Assembly: GCA_001643675.2 (NCBI GenBank)
Contig: LSRY02000034.1
Coordinates: 682,001-746,000, forward strand
Origin: Monocercomonoides exilis PA203
Taxonomy: Eukaryota; Protista; Preaxostyla
Length of the DNA: 64,000 bases
Direction: 5' to 3'
A program made the position numbers and the translations under genes. Below are positions 12,201 to 25,177 of this stretch, piece by piece (position 1 is the first letter of the stretch; each line of letters opens with the position of its first letter). The notes beneath the pieces are model-generated. The model made no database searches, was not told the origin of the DNA, and worked only from the letters and a program-made list of their open reading frames with translations.

Positions 12201-15200
12201 CCCGCCACGAACAGTGGGAAAATTACCTGCAAAACCCGCTTCTCGCCCCTCATGTCACTCCACCCACAATAAATTCCTTTGTCCCGTCGCCTTTGCCGGC
12301 ATTTCTGCCTCGCGAGGCGCCGATTGTGTTTATCGCGCCGTTTTCCGGTGCCTCTCTTGTTATTGCCACACCGCAGGTGCTGATGCAAGTGAGAGGCAGG
12401 AACGAGCTTCTGTTTGAGCATCGCCCGTCGCCTAAGGAAGAGATCAAGCGATGTGTCGCAAACGCCACGCAGATTGTGCTAGCGGTAACGAACGGGCTGC
12501 TGAAAGTGTTCGAGTGGGAAGAAGGGAAGACAAAGCAGATGATGGCACAAGGAGGACTGGCTGTGAACAGCTCGGTTTCGCCTGCGTCTTTAAGCGCTCT
12601 CTCATCAACTTCTTCTTCTGCTGCTGCTTCTTCTGCTCAAAACTCAAAACCCTCCTCAACTGAATCCTCTTCCTCTTCTTCTTCCTCTTCTTCCTCTGAT
12701 CCTCACCGCACCCCTCACAACATCATCACCCCGTTTGTGTTCCCTCCCCGTGGACGCATCACGATGACCAGCAAAATCCCCGCCACTTGCGAAGTGCTAT
12801 GTCTGGAGCTGCTTCCTGCACTGCCTTACGATGGCTCGCTGTCTCTGACTGAATGGGGCATTGATGAGATTGAGTGGGAGGCTGTGGATGGCACAGAGTT
12901 GGACGAAGGATGGGGTGATGTGGTGAGACAGGGAAGTGATGCCACAGGGCAAACTGAGCAGGGGCAAGGACAAGGTCAGATGCAGACTCAAGGACAAACA
13001 CAGGCACAGATGCAAATGCCGAATCAGATGCAAATGCAAAACCAAGTGCAGATGCAGAGGCCAAGAGGAAATATGTTTCCAGCAGCAGGGAATGTGCCAG
13101 CTTCAAATGTAACAGTCAACCAACCTTCGCAACTCACATCTATGAATCAGATGCCCCAAATGAATCAAATGAATCAGATGAACCAAATTGCATCGCTTGC
13201 ACAGTCTGCACCTTCTGTGATGTCTGCGGCGTTGATGCCCTTCGGAACAGCAGGGCTGACCATCACAGACGACGACGCAGACGACTCGTACGAAGACAGC
13301 AGCTCTGAGCTGGAATCACTTGCTTCTTCAGTCTTTTCGTTCCGCTCGTCGCTTCTTTCATCGTCGAGCTCGGTGAACCGCCTGTGTGACACGGTCCTCG
13401 CTCGCTCGCTGTGCTTTGTGTTCAACTCACCACCGGCACAGACGAGCAGCTATTTGTGTGTGGGCATTGCAGACAACTCGGTGCGGGTGCTTTCTGTCGG
13501 CAGCGGCAAGAACGCGAAGGACCTGCTCAGCATCCAGTGCAAGGAGACGCCCAATGCTGTGTCTGTGTTGCCGGTTGTGGAGAGGTCGCTGTTCCTGCCA
13601 GACAAGAAAGTGTGGGAGATGGAAGAAGAAGAAGAGAGGAGGCTGAGAAGGAGGCTGAGGCAGAAGTGCCGCGAAAAGAGGAACAGCGAAGAAGACGAGG
13701 CGCAGTGGAATATCGAGAGAAAAGCTGGGTTTATGCCTCCGACTGGGATCACGTTCCAGCAGCAGCAGCAGCAACCCAATCATTCTTCTCAGCAATCACA
13801 ACAACAGCAACAACAACAGAACCAGCAAAATCAACAGCAACAGCAATTTTTCCAGCCGAGACAAGAAATGCATCAAAACTCGTCATTTGCAGCTGTCCAG
13901 CAAGCTCAAGTTCCTTCCTCTCAATCGCTTGCTCTTCAGATGCAGCAGCAACAGCAACAACAACACCAGCAACACCAGCAGCAACAACAACAGATTCATT
14001 CTCAAATGCAGATGTATCGCTCAGACTCACACCAACAATCTCAACAGCAGCAGCAGCTCCTCAAAACGCACCAAGCTAACAGATATGCCCTGGTCGACTT
14101 CCACATCGTGATTGGCATGCGGAACGGCTCGATGCAGCGCTTTGTGCTCAACCGCGAGCGTCCCGAGGCGTCTGAGCAGCACACTGCTGTGGTGACTGTG
14201 GGCAATTCGCCTGTCTCCTTTGCGAAGACGACACACCACGGAGAGCCCGCCTTGCTTGTGCTTTCATCGTCGTACTGGCTCATCCACCGCACACCATCCA
14301 ATCAAGTTTCCTTGTCTCAGCTCTCATCATCGAAGGAGGATCCTTCGGTGGTGTTCGAGAACTCCATCCAGTACAGAGTGAATGGGGTGGCTGGTTTGTC
14401 TTCATCACAGTCATCTCAGCCGTCTCAGTTGCAGGCACAAACAATGACGCCAGTACAGATTCAATCACAGAGTCAGATACAGTTGCCGTCGCAGTTTGTT
14501 AACGAGCAGCAGACGCCGAGGCTGGGGATGCTGCCGTGCCAGCTGAACGGTGTGCAGTTCGCTGTGGCATGCAACATCCCCTGCGGATGGAACGGGATGA
14601 GCCCGGCGGTGCTGGCGGTGGGGTTCAACAAGGAAAGAGAGGCGCTCATGAGAGAGAAGGAGAAAGAGAACGAGAGGAAGAAGGAGGCCGAGAGAGCAGA
14701 GAGAGGAGGGAGAACAGAGCTGGACAGTGAATTCCGAGGCGGGGTGTATTTGGACCAAAGCAAAGGGAATGTGAAAGAAGCATCTCTTTTGCTGAGGGAG
14801 AAGATGAAGGTGAGAGACAGAGATGCAGCGGCGCAGCTGTGTGTGCTGTGTCTGGAGGAGAACAGCCAGATGGTTGGAAAAGACCCGCTTTCGTTGGACT
14901 GTATGGGAAAAGCAATGATACAAGTTGGGCAGACGAAGGATCTGATCGTGATGAAGAGCGAAGAGGTGGAGGAGCGTGTGTGGAACAGGAAAAAGAGGAG
15001 GAGTTTGAATAGAAGTGATGGCACATTCATTTTGGATGAAGCACAAAAAGCAGCTTTTCAACCGATTGGCAATGCAGATGAAGCAGGCACGATTCGAATA
15101 AATGAATGTGAAGGCAGAGAAAACAGTTTTTGTGGGGGAAAAGTTAATGAAACTGATGAAACTTTACCATATTTTCGGTCGAGTGTTGCATATTTGACAA

Positions 15201-17878
15201 ATTTTGACGAAATGGCTAATGTTGATACTCCAATCAAGATGCCTTCTTCGTTTCCGCCGAGTTATTATAAGCAGAGAAAGGACAAATCTTTGCATTTGCC
15301 AGACGATTCTTTCAATTTTACCGCGTTGTCGGCTTCTCCTTCATTTCAGTCTATTTCCCAGTTTCCATTGAACTCTGAATTGTCTTTGAGTTCTTCTTCC
15401 TCATTATCATCATCTTCTTCATTTGAAAGTTCTTCTTTTCCTTCTTCTCTTCATTCACAGTTGTCTCATGTCATCAAATATCCGCACAACACACGGCTTC
15501 TTTGCATCTGCATGCTCGCCAGCGACAGACAAGCAAAGCAGGATTTCGTCGTAGCAGTTTCTGGTGAATCATTTTCTCTTGTTTCGAAGCACAGAAAACG
15601 TTCTTTTCGACACAAATCCACGTTTTCTGCAGGCAAAAAGAGAAGAATGGTGGATGAAGAGAATGAAATGGCTGATGATGATAATTCACTTCATTCACAT
15701 TCAAAAAGGCAGAGAAATAACAAACAGCAACTTCTGAAGACGGATTACTTCATCGACATCTTTGAGTGCCGTCATCAGCTTCCAATTCCATCAGAAACAT
15801 GTTCTTCTTCCGCATCAGCTTCTTCTTCCTCTTCCTCTTCTTCCTCTTCTTCTTCACAGCAACAGCAACAGCAACAACAGCAGCAGCAGCAGCTCCAACA
15901 GCAGTTAGCCTCACAACCGACCATTCCTCGCTGTGTCTTCCGCTTCCTCCACCGCACGCGCCTTTCCGCGCCGTGTGGAAAGATGACGGTCTTTCGGCGC
16001 TTTCTGCTGTGTTCTGTGGGAAGTGACATTGTGATGCTCAGCGTGGGCAGGACGAGGCTGTTCATGGCACCCGAGCTGAGGCAGCTGAACTCGAAGGGGA
16101 GTGTGTTTGCCTGTGATGATAGCGACGACGACGACGATGATGATGAAGAAGATGATGATGAAAGTGGAAATGTGCAATTGAGGAATGGGTATGAGGAAGA
16201 TCAAGGAAATGTTATAAAATTTGAAGCGTTGTGCAAAACACCCAAAGAAGATGAGGCTCAAATTGACTTTTATCAAATGCCAAAAATAGAAGAAGAGCAC
16301 ACAAAAGAATCCAATTCTTTGTTTCAAGAAGAGGAAAATTCCATTGTTTCATTGAACAGAAGGAAATGTGCTGATGAGTTGCTCTGCCCGCACTCTCGGG
16401 ATGTGCACCTTTCCTCCTTCACCTCTTTTGCCAAGGGCAACGAAATGCTTGTTGTGACTTCGAATCCTCGGCGCCTTCCTTTGCCTGGAACTTCCATCCC
16501 TCACGAGCCATCACCGCCACTGACGCTGTTGAGAATCACACGCCTTTCTGACACAGCTGTGCAGTTCGATCCAGTTGCTGTAGCATCCCAATGGCCTGGC
16601 TCATCTGCTCTGCTCTCTCTTGCTCCCTTTGCACCTTCTCAACAGCTTTCTTCATCATCTTCATTATCATCATCATCTTCTTCTTCTTCTTTGTCTATTT
16701 CTTCAATTTCTGCAGCAGCGACTGCAATGAAGAGGCTGTTTCGCCCGCAGTTGTATGTGATGGACCAGATGACAGTGGCAATGACAGACGGCGGAAGCAG
16801 CCTGTTTGTGCTGAGGACGGAAGCGGGGATTACACCAGGAAGAGGAGAAAGAGGGTCGCGGGGAGAGGAATGGGACGAGTGGGACAAAGCAGAGCAGCGG
16901 GAAAGAAGCTCAATGGAAGAGAAGAACAAGCAGTTGGAGAAAGAGAAAGTGGAGAAAGAGAAAAGAAAAAGAGAAATGCAGGAAATTAGAGAGTTAATTG
17001 GAATTGACCCAAAAGCTACGAATGACATTAATTTCGCAAAGGAAGTTACAAAACTGAGCGATGATGACCTTGATTTGTTGTATTTATCCAAAGCACTTAA
17101 TTTCAAAGATGGAAGCAAAGATGAAAAGATGAAGCAGTTGGCAGTTTCAATTGTCACACGACGTTCAGAAGACTTCACAAAAAGCAAAATTACCAAAAAT
17201 GCTCTTTCACAGCAAGATTCTTCATCGCTTCTCTCTTCCTCTTCAACTTCTTCCTCTTCAACTTCTTCCTCTTATCCTTCTTCCAACAGTTCCTCATCTC
17301 TTCTGATGTATGCCTCCCCCTCATCAAATGCTCGTCTGTGTCTTCCGCAGCACCGCCGCTTGCTTCAGCTCCACCAAATCTGCTCGTTTTTCGTTGGGGA
17401 GCCGATCACAGCGCTTGTGCGCCCGCCGCTGCAGTCCGGGCAGCAGCTGAACCAGCGCCAGCCGAACATCCCTAACCTACCGCTGTTTTCTTCCCATTTT
17501 GCGCCCAACAGCCAACTGCGCGGGTCGGGCGAGCGGCTCTGCCACGGGACGGTGCTTGGGGCGATAGGGATGTTTGTGCCGCTGACGAAGCGGGACGAGA
17601 TCGACCAGTTGTCGTTTCTGGAGCTGCTGATCCGCCGCTGCCTCGGGCAGTTTGGGGACTCTGGCGATCTGATGGGGAACTTTGGGACGCTCTCCGGGTG
17701 CGACCCGCTTGTGTTCCACGGAGCACATTCGGCTGTGAGAGACACGATCGACGGGGAGCTCATTGAGTATTATCATATGCTTGACTGGCGGCTGCAGGTG
17801 TTCATTGCGCACAACATGAGGAAGCAAAGGCATGAAGTTATCAAAAGGATTGAAGACATGAAAGGGTATGTGATTTAG
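9229..17878 (+). CDS. SF3B3: Splicing factor 3B subunit 3 (SF3B3/Rse1; DDB1/CPSF160 beta-propeller family)-like protein, about 2860 aa with low-complexity expansions
   Basis: Exon 1 (9229-9439; MNLLHVPLFNPTAITHIISGSFS..ELVVCK..VRSL) joins through intron 9440-9503 (gtatga...caacag, correct phase) to KSKRDYILIGTDSASITLVEF. The C-terminus GTVLGAIGMFVPL..LSGCDPL..VRDTIDGEL..EVIKRIEDMK parallels the SF3B3 C-terminus. Internal YLIISF, YLCVGIADNSVRVLS and FLHRT motifs are also present. Confidence 0.8.
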
Positions 17879-18137
17879 AGTTTCATCTTCTGAATCTTTG
17901 ATTAAATTCATTTCAAAAAAAGATATAAAAAATAAATAAATAAATAAAAGTAACAAGTAAAACTTAACTTTTAATTTCATTTTTCTCAAACAAACAGGAA
18001 TAGATAAAGTCAGCATACAAACAAATGAAGTGTAACTCAACAAATAGTCGCTATTTTGAAACAAAAACAACAAATCAGTTTTCAAATATTTTTGAAAAGA
18101 AAAAATTGTTAAATAAACTGGATAAGATATGAGTCTT

Positions 18138-18389
18138 GGCAAGTGGAGTAGATCATGGTACCAAGGTGATCCTACCCACTATTTATATCATTTTCATATT
18201 GAAAATCTCTTCTAGGGTTAACCCTAACACTAAATTTACTCGGTAAAATCCTAAACCATCACACTATCCAATATGAAATTATTTAACTCGTCAAAACCCT
18301 AAGACCTAATAAGCACAATAAGAATGAATTTCAAAATTTTAATAATTAAAGGAGTTGATCATGTGGTACCAGGATCTTCTCCATTTGCC
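18138..18389. mobile_element. Merlin-type MITE (family A), 252 bp
   Basis: Imperfect TIRs GGCAAGTGGAGTAGATCATGGTACCA and (revcomp) GGCAAATGGAGAAGATCCTGGTACCA. Perfect 8-bp TSD TGAGTCTT at 18130-18137 and 18390-18397. No coding capacity. Confidence 0.9.
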
Positions 18390-19011
18390 TGAGTCTTTAA
18401 TAATATCGTGGATAAAAGTAGATTCAAACGAAATAGTTCTGCAATTTGAAAAGTGTCCAATGGATTATGTGAATTTGAAGATTTTTCTTGAAATGGGTTG
18501 AGTGAGCGTGTCACGAAAGTCAAAAAATACAGTGACTGAAACTTTAAAATTGATATGAAATTTAATAAAATAGATAATAGTTAATATTTCACAGCTATTA
18601 TTTGCTTGTGAATCAAGACTTGTTTTTACAAATGGATTTGCATCATTTGTTCATTTTTAAAAGGTCTGTTTTGTTAAAAAAAACAGAAGACAAAAAGAGT
18701 GTTTAAGCAGCATCTCCAAACATATTGAAAGAAAAAGGAATATTTGTTGCAATGATCCCAATAACATCTTCTTATTTTGTTGACAATAAATAATCAGCTT
18801 GATTTTTCTCAAAACAAAAATATCTCCTGTTTTTGTATTGTTCAAAAAATATTTTATTATCATAACTTCGTTGCAAAAAATTTGCTTCATGTGTATGATG
18901 ATAAAGCTCAAAATTTTAAATTTGTGCAAAAAGTCTTTTTGTTGGAATAAACAATTTTTATTCACAAAATAACAATAAAAAAACATTTAACAAGATTCAA
19001 TCATCCATTGC

Positions 19012-19662
19012 TCACGCCCCTTTGCATTCATATGTGGAGCCTTTCAAATCCTCCATTTGTTCACGTACTGCTGAGAGATCCTTTTCCACAAGCACGTTCA
19101 AGCCATGAATCACAAAAGGCAATGCAGGAACCCAACTGTATTTCCATGGTATAAAACGCGCACCAAAAATGAAAATCAACATCCAGTATGTCGCAATGCA
19201 GATGCTGCAGCAAAAAGAGAGCTTCTTCATGTGTACAGCCAAGCGCATTTGCACTGCATCGGATTGAAGAAACAGCCCAGCAATCGCAACCGAAATCGCT
19301 GAAATCAAAAATGCGAGTGATGAAAAGGGAGCATCAAAGCAAGATGGAAGAAGTACACTTGCGCCGTGGAAGGTTGAAAAGTAAAACAAGGCAAGATACA
19401 AGCCAACGAAAAAAAAAGAAGCGCTTCCAAATGCAACCTGACAAAAATCACGTCAAATGAAAAAAACTACAGTCATGAATCAAACCCTAAATCTTTTGCT
19501 CATTATTTCGTTTTCTTTTTCAAGTGCATGGATCTCACGTTGTTGTTCTGAAAAAAAAAATATGAGTTAAAAAGGATAGTTCGTTATCAACAAGCTTTAA
19601 ATTTAACCTTCTTCTGTCAATATCTGGGATTCCGCTATAGCACGCCGCTGAAGCACTTCCAT
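19012..19662 (-). CDS. Small conserved multi-pass membrane protein of unknown function (about 180 aa, 3 exons)
   Basis: Exons 19662-19608, 19547-19486 and 19437-19012 are joined by in-phase GT-AG introns to give MEVLQRRAIAESQILTEEEQQREIHALEKENE..., about four hydrophobic segments and the C-terminus MEDLKGSTYECKGA. The 'EEQ..I..L' start and 'L....Y..KGA' end recall an uncharacterised eukaryotic family (from memory, unverified). Confidence 0.7.
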
Positions 19663-20194
19663 TTAACTCGGTAAAATTGCTGAATATTTTTTTAATTAGA
19701 AAAAATCACATGATCTGTAATTATTATTTTTTTTATCTCATTTTCGAACTTTAAATATGGTTCAAATTTTTGAGCTTTCAAAATTTTGTATGACACAACA
19801 TTTTCAATTTTTTTTTTCGATGCACTTAATATATAATTTTTATGATTTAAAATTTGCAAATTTTCTTATCTTATCTTATCTTATCTTATCTTTTCTTTTC
19901 TTTTATTTCTTTTTTTTGAAAGTGAAATTAGTTATTTCTCTTCCTTCTCATTTATTTTTGAGAGCATAGATAATTGGGAAGGTTTGATAATGTTAATTAG
20001 CTTGAACAAATATTCTTTTCTTCATATTGTTTCTTTTCCAATTTATTTCTTCTTTGAGATCTTGTGCGGATAATGAATTCAATCTTAGCCTCGCTGATAA
20101 TTGTCTGTGAAGCATTGTTTTTTTCATTGCCCTTTGGTTCTTCAACTTTATCTGGGTATGCAAATTCTGTTTGTTGTTTTTGATCTCTGTTTTT

Positions 20195-23100
20195 TCATAT
20201 TTCCATTGTTGGCATTTGTTTTTCTGATTTTGAACTGGAATTTGTTTCGGAATCGGATTCCGTCAAAGAATCTGAATCGGACTCTGACTCAGACCCACTT
20301 TCTTCAGATTGGAGAATAGCTGAATTGCATCTTGCTATCACATGGGCCAGCTTGCTTGACACATCTGATTGGACGTGATGCTTTGTGATGGTGTTGCTTC
20401 TAGAAGAGAGTCTGGCAAACTTAGCAATTTTGGCAAATTGAATTCCTGCCATCGTTAGCGCAGTGATTGACGCATGCTTCAATGAGAAAAACTAGAAACT
20501 CTTCGGAATCCCAGCATCCTGGAACATTTCAGCTGCATAATTACGAATCCTTCTTGCAGAGAGGGCAAGATGGGTAGTTTCATCTATAAATAGTGAAGTT
20601 GCATTTGGATGAGACTCCTCGATTCTGTTCCAAAGTTCCTTAACTGAAGCTGCTGGGTACAGAAGCTGCTGTATTTTGTGAAACGGGATGACAATATCTG
20701 TACGTTCTGTTGATGTTTTTAATGATGAATCGAGTTTTATTGAATCATCTCCAATTGTTGAATGCTGGAGGTTTATCCTTTCCAACTCCGAAAAGCGAAA
20801 GGCGGAGGACAACAAACATGTTCATATGGCATTTTTTGTCAATTCGTGAAAGTCAAGACTTCTGTTCTCTCATAACGATGTAATTTTCTGCAGCAGGAGT
20901 TGTGTGTTCCAGATGTCTGGTTTGTCTTTTTTCTTCTTGTTTTCTGATTTTCTGAATGATTTTAATAGCCTTTGCATGAGAGCAGATTCTCCCAGTCCTC
21001 GATTGAACAGTAATTCTGAGATGAGCGATAATGCAGCGCATGTTTATCTGAGCGTTGAAGCCTTCATCCCTTTGTTTTTCAGGCTAATGAAAATGGGAGC
21101 ACATTTTTCAACCCACTCACTCCAAGCTTCCGGTGGATCTCCGTTTCTGTTATCTTCCCATATTTCACCAAAGCGCGCATAACTATATGAATATCCTTTT
21201 CATGTGTTTTCGGCAACGCTATTTTTGCAATCATCGATCACCCTTTCAAAAAATCCCTTTTTAACAAGCATTTTCCGAAACAATTTTTCTCCTTGTTATT
21301 CAAAGGATTGATTTGAACGATTCTCATTCTGCCTGGTGGAAGACTTGCTTCCATCCGTTTCATCCATCTTCCTTCCTTCAAAACCTGGTTCTGTTCTTTC
21401 CATCTCCATTCGTAGAGTCTCGACATTCTTATCAGTGGTTCCCATCTCTGCCCTCTCCAATCTGGAATCAGAAGAACATGTGCATTTTCCTCTATTGATT
21501 TCACAACCGTTGGGACTATTAGTGGAATCGGCGGATGGGCTAAAATAACGCCTCTTTTCCATGATTGCTGGAGTCCATCTTCGTTGAGTGTGCTTCCTGG
21601 ACCGCACAATCGGTCCGCTTTCGTATTCTGCTTTGTTGCGAACGTATCCATTGTTATTTTGAGATTGAGGTTTTCCATGATCTCATTTAACTCTTCTTGT
21701 TTTATGGAGTAATCTCCCCCTCTTTCTAGCCTGGATAGAGAATCTGCTCTGACATTCTTCGTTCCTTGTAAGTGTTAGACTTTTATCTAAATGCGACTGT
21801 TCTGAACAAATGTCCATATTTTCATTAGCAACTTCCTGAGATTTGTTCCTGCATTCCATCGATTGACATTGAAAACTGCTGTTGTATTGCCTAATCTGAT
21901 TAACAAACTGTGGGCTTTGTTCGCCTGAAGAATATATCTGAAATGGTTGAGTACTCTATTAATTGCATATAATTCCCTGTAATTCGAGCTCTAGCATCTC
22001 AACTTCCCTGGAAGCGATTGATGGAAATCGTATTTCTTGCAGTTCATCAGGAGAAAAGCTCCCACAGCTCTCTCTGATGTTTCTGTCGTTATAGTTGCTT
22101 GTGGTTGGAATATTTTGCTAAATTGTCTCGGTTTGTTCGCATTCAGTCTCGATATCCATTTTTGAATATTCGGAAGGATTGATGAGTTGATTTTTATCTT
22201 TCCTTTCCACCTCATGCATCTGACCATTTTGTTCAGCAATATATTTTTCGATGGAAGAAGGAGTGAAGCTTCCTTGAAAACGAAGCGAGTTGCACTTAGC
22301 ATGCCAATGAATGACGCGAAATCTCTCACTCTTGTTTGCTTGCATTTCAGTGCTCGGCTCCTCCATCTATAGCATTCTGTGAGCAATTCTTTTTTTCTGT
22401 CTTTCTCCAAAGTTACGGTAAAGTTGGATGTGTCCCATGAATATCCGAGGAATGAAAAACGATTTGATGGTTCTATGTAGCTCTTTTCCAGATTTACAAT
22501 GAGTCCAAGTTTCTGAAATAGACTTACAACTTCTTGTGAGATTCTCTTTTGTTCTTGCTTGTCTTTATGGAGCAAGACAATGTCGTCTAAATATGCGACA
22601 GCTTTCACCTTCCATCTTTCCCAAATGAAAGAAATGAACTTTCACATTATTTTTGTGAATATTCTTGGAGAGTCCTTGTGATAGAAAGGCATGCTGGTGA
22701 AGCACTAAAATTCTTTGTTGAATTCGAATCTTAGAAAAGGAGTGAAATCCTCGGAAACCTTGATGAGATAGTTCACTTTGCTTAAATCCAGTGTGACTGC
22801 AAAATCGCCCTTCTTTATTATTCTCTCCATAGATCGATGGTTCTTTTGTTTGAAGTGAATAGTTTTTATCGTATTGTTTAACCTCCTGCAATCCACAATC
22901 TGTCTCCAGCTCCCGTTCCTTTTCCTGACTTCAAATATTGGATTGACAAATTTCACTTGGTTTTGGTGATTTTCCTAAGAATTCCTGTTTTCACATGAAC
23001 TTTGATTAATTTGGACAAGGCTTCCCTTGCTTCTTGTGATAGCGCAGGTCTCCTGCAGTTTACTGAGAGTTGATAAGGGTCTTGCGAGCTTTGGCACTCC

Positions 23101-24141
23101 TCCAAATAGGAACAACTCCTCTTTTGATCAGCTTTACTCCCCCCACAATTATCCAAGCCTTGGCAAATAACGCAGTTCTTCCACCAATTGTTAAGTCGTG
23201 CTTTATTGAGACTTTGCTTTGTCCCCTGAACTCCCTCTTGAGTAACCTCTTGAGGCGCTGCTTGTGTTGAATGATCGATTTGTGCTGGTCGTCCGGGGCC
23301 AATCTCGAAAAAACCGATAATTCTTTGTTTCGCTTTGAATTCCCATGGTTTGTTTCTTCCTTGCATATGAATTCGAAATACTTGCCAATCCCCATCTTAA
23401 TTTTGTGGATGTTATCTTTGATTCTTCTTATGAATCTTTTAGCCTCTGAGTTTTCAGCGATAATGAAAACTCGTCTTTCATTTTTTCTGCTTCAGTAAAT
23501 CTATATCTTGCTTGTATTCTCACGTGTCGAGCTTCTTTCAGTGCCTGGGCTTAAAGTCAACATGATTCTGCTATCATTTCTTTTGTTGTATCTCCTGACA
23601 TGATTGTTAAACATGCCGAGATGAGCAACTTTATTGCTTGATAAAGATATGATTCTATACGTTCTCCTGCACGATCGAGCTCGTCTTTCCAAAACACTTT
23701 GGATCTAGTAAATGGTGGCGGAGCATCCTGGATAAAAGGACTCAAATCTTTATCTTTTATTGATAAAAGCGCTTCGTTAATTTTATTCTCTGGAAAATCC
23801 ATATCGTAAAGTGAAACCTCTGGTGTCTGTCCAGATATTTCGATAAATGTTTGTTGCATAAAAAATCCTCCTTCGTCTTCTTCAATTCGTGTTGGATCTG
23901 TCCTGCCATCAAGCGACAACTGAACGCTTGATTGGGAAGCGGAATAACTCCCTGATATTGAGGGAATTGCACGAGGAGGGACACAAGTCAGCGGAGCTGC
24001 GCAAGGTTCGGTCGCGAGTCCGGTTCCCATGAAAATAGTCAACATGTTTCCTTTTTGGTCAGCGATCGTGACTGACCCATAACGTGGCGCTCTCAAAAAT
24101 ACAAGAGAAGGAAGTAATGCTAATGTTTTCTCTGTAATCAA
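20195..24141 (-). mobile_element. Degenerate DIRS-like tyrosine-recombinase retrotransposon (gag-like, RT, RNase H, methyltransferase-like, YR), fragmented by stops and frameshifts
   Basis: RT: FVNPIFEVRKRNGSWRQIVDCRRLN, LDLSK, AYLDDIV, FLGYSWD. MT-like: DTFATKQN..DGLQQSW..ILAHPPIPLI..LIPDWRGQRW..LPPG. YR: FRFSEL, LKT, KHASIT. Termini were not identified. Confidence 0.88.
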
Positions 24142-25177
24142 AACGCTTGTGTTTTGATTAAATAATAATTGTTCAAAATTTTATTCTTCGAATATGGGAC
24201 AAATTCTTTCATGCATGAAAAAAAACTTAGATTTGTAACATACTTTTTCTGCAATCGTATCTTTTATAGTCCTCCACATTCTCACAAAAATTACAGGAAA
24301 ATACTCAGGCTGAGAAAAAAAGGAAAATGCTTCATGGAATAGAATTCATCAAGCTATTTAATTTATATTTTAAAAGCATCTGGCACAAAATATTTGACTT
24401 CAAACATTTTCATTGAAAAATTATGCATTTTTCATAGTTTTTTTTAATCAAAAAACACGTAGAAAATATATTCATCTTTTGACTTTCGTAAAAACTATTA
24501 AACCTTTATGTTTTGATTTCAACGATGCATGTTTACTTACATGGAAATCAGATTTTATTTGAAATTTGAGAAAGTTAAACAAAGTTATGAGCGAAGCAAT
24601 TTTTCAATGCCTTGTGCAAAAAAAGCTTGAAAGTCCATATTTTCCTCCATATAAAAAAAAAAAATACATATTGCAGAAATAAAAGCCAAATACTTGCTTA
24701 AAATCAGTTTAACTCTTTGATCAATAAACACCACTATAGATTTTATTCTTTCGAATTTTGATCTTTTTTTATGATGTGAAAAAAAATCACCAATATTGTC
24801 TTTGAAAGAAAAATGAATATTAAGTTGATTTAACATCTTTGTTATAGAAAAACTTTTGGAGATTAATTCCGTTGTTGAAGAAAATGAATTGTCTAAAAAT
24901 GATTGTTTCTTGAGGTGCTAAAATTCAAATAAAGGAGGGATGCTCACATTTAATGACGAGCGAAGCGTTATTTACAATTGTCTTGTTAAAATTGTTGAAT
25001 TACTTGCAACCGTAGAACGCTTTTGCATGTATGATTTTCAAAGCTATGAAAGGCCAAACGTTTAACAAATTTCTCAAAAGGGCATAAAACGGGATGAAAT
25101 ATTTGACAAACGAACAAGTGTGAGAATTCTTTTGAGCACAACGGTGTTCTAGCCAGTCATTTCGAATATTTTTGTAT

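Noticed and set aside
5373-18142. Numerous short antisense and alternate-frame ORFs over KBP and the SF3B3-like gene (likewise over 39-46 kb and tubulin)
   Set aside because: They are shadow ORFs of long coding regions with biased composition and show no independent motifs.
19960-24330. Terminal repeats or ICR for the first DIRS-like element
   Set aside because: No matching inverted or direct repeats were found by eye in either flank.
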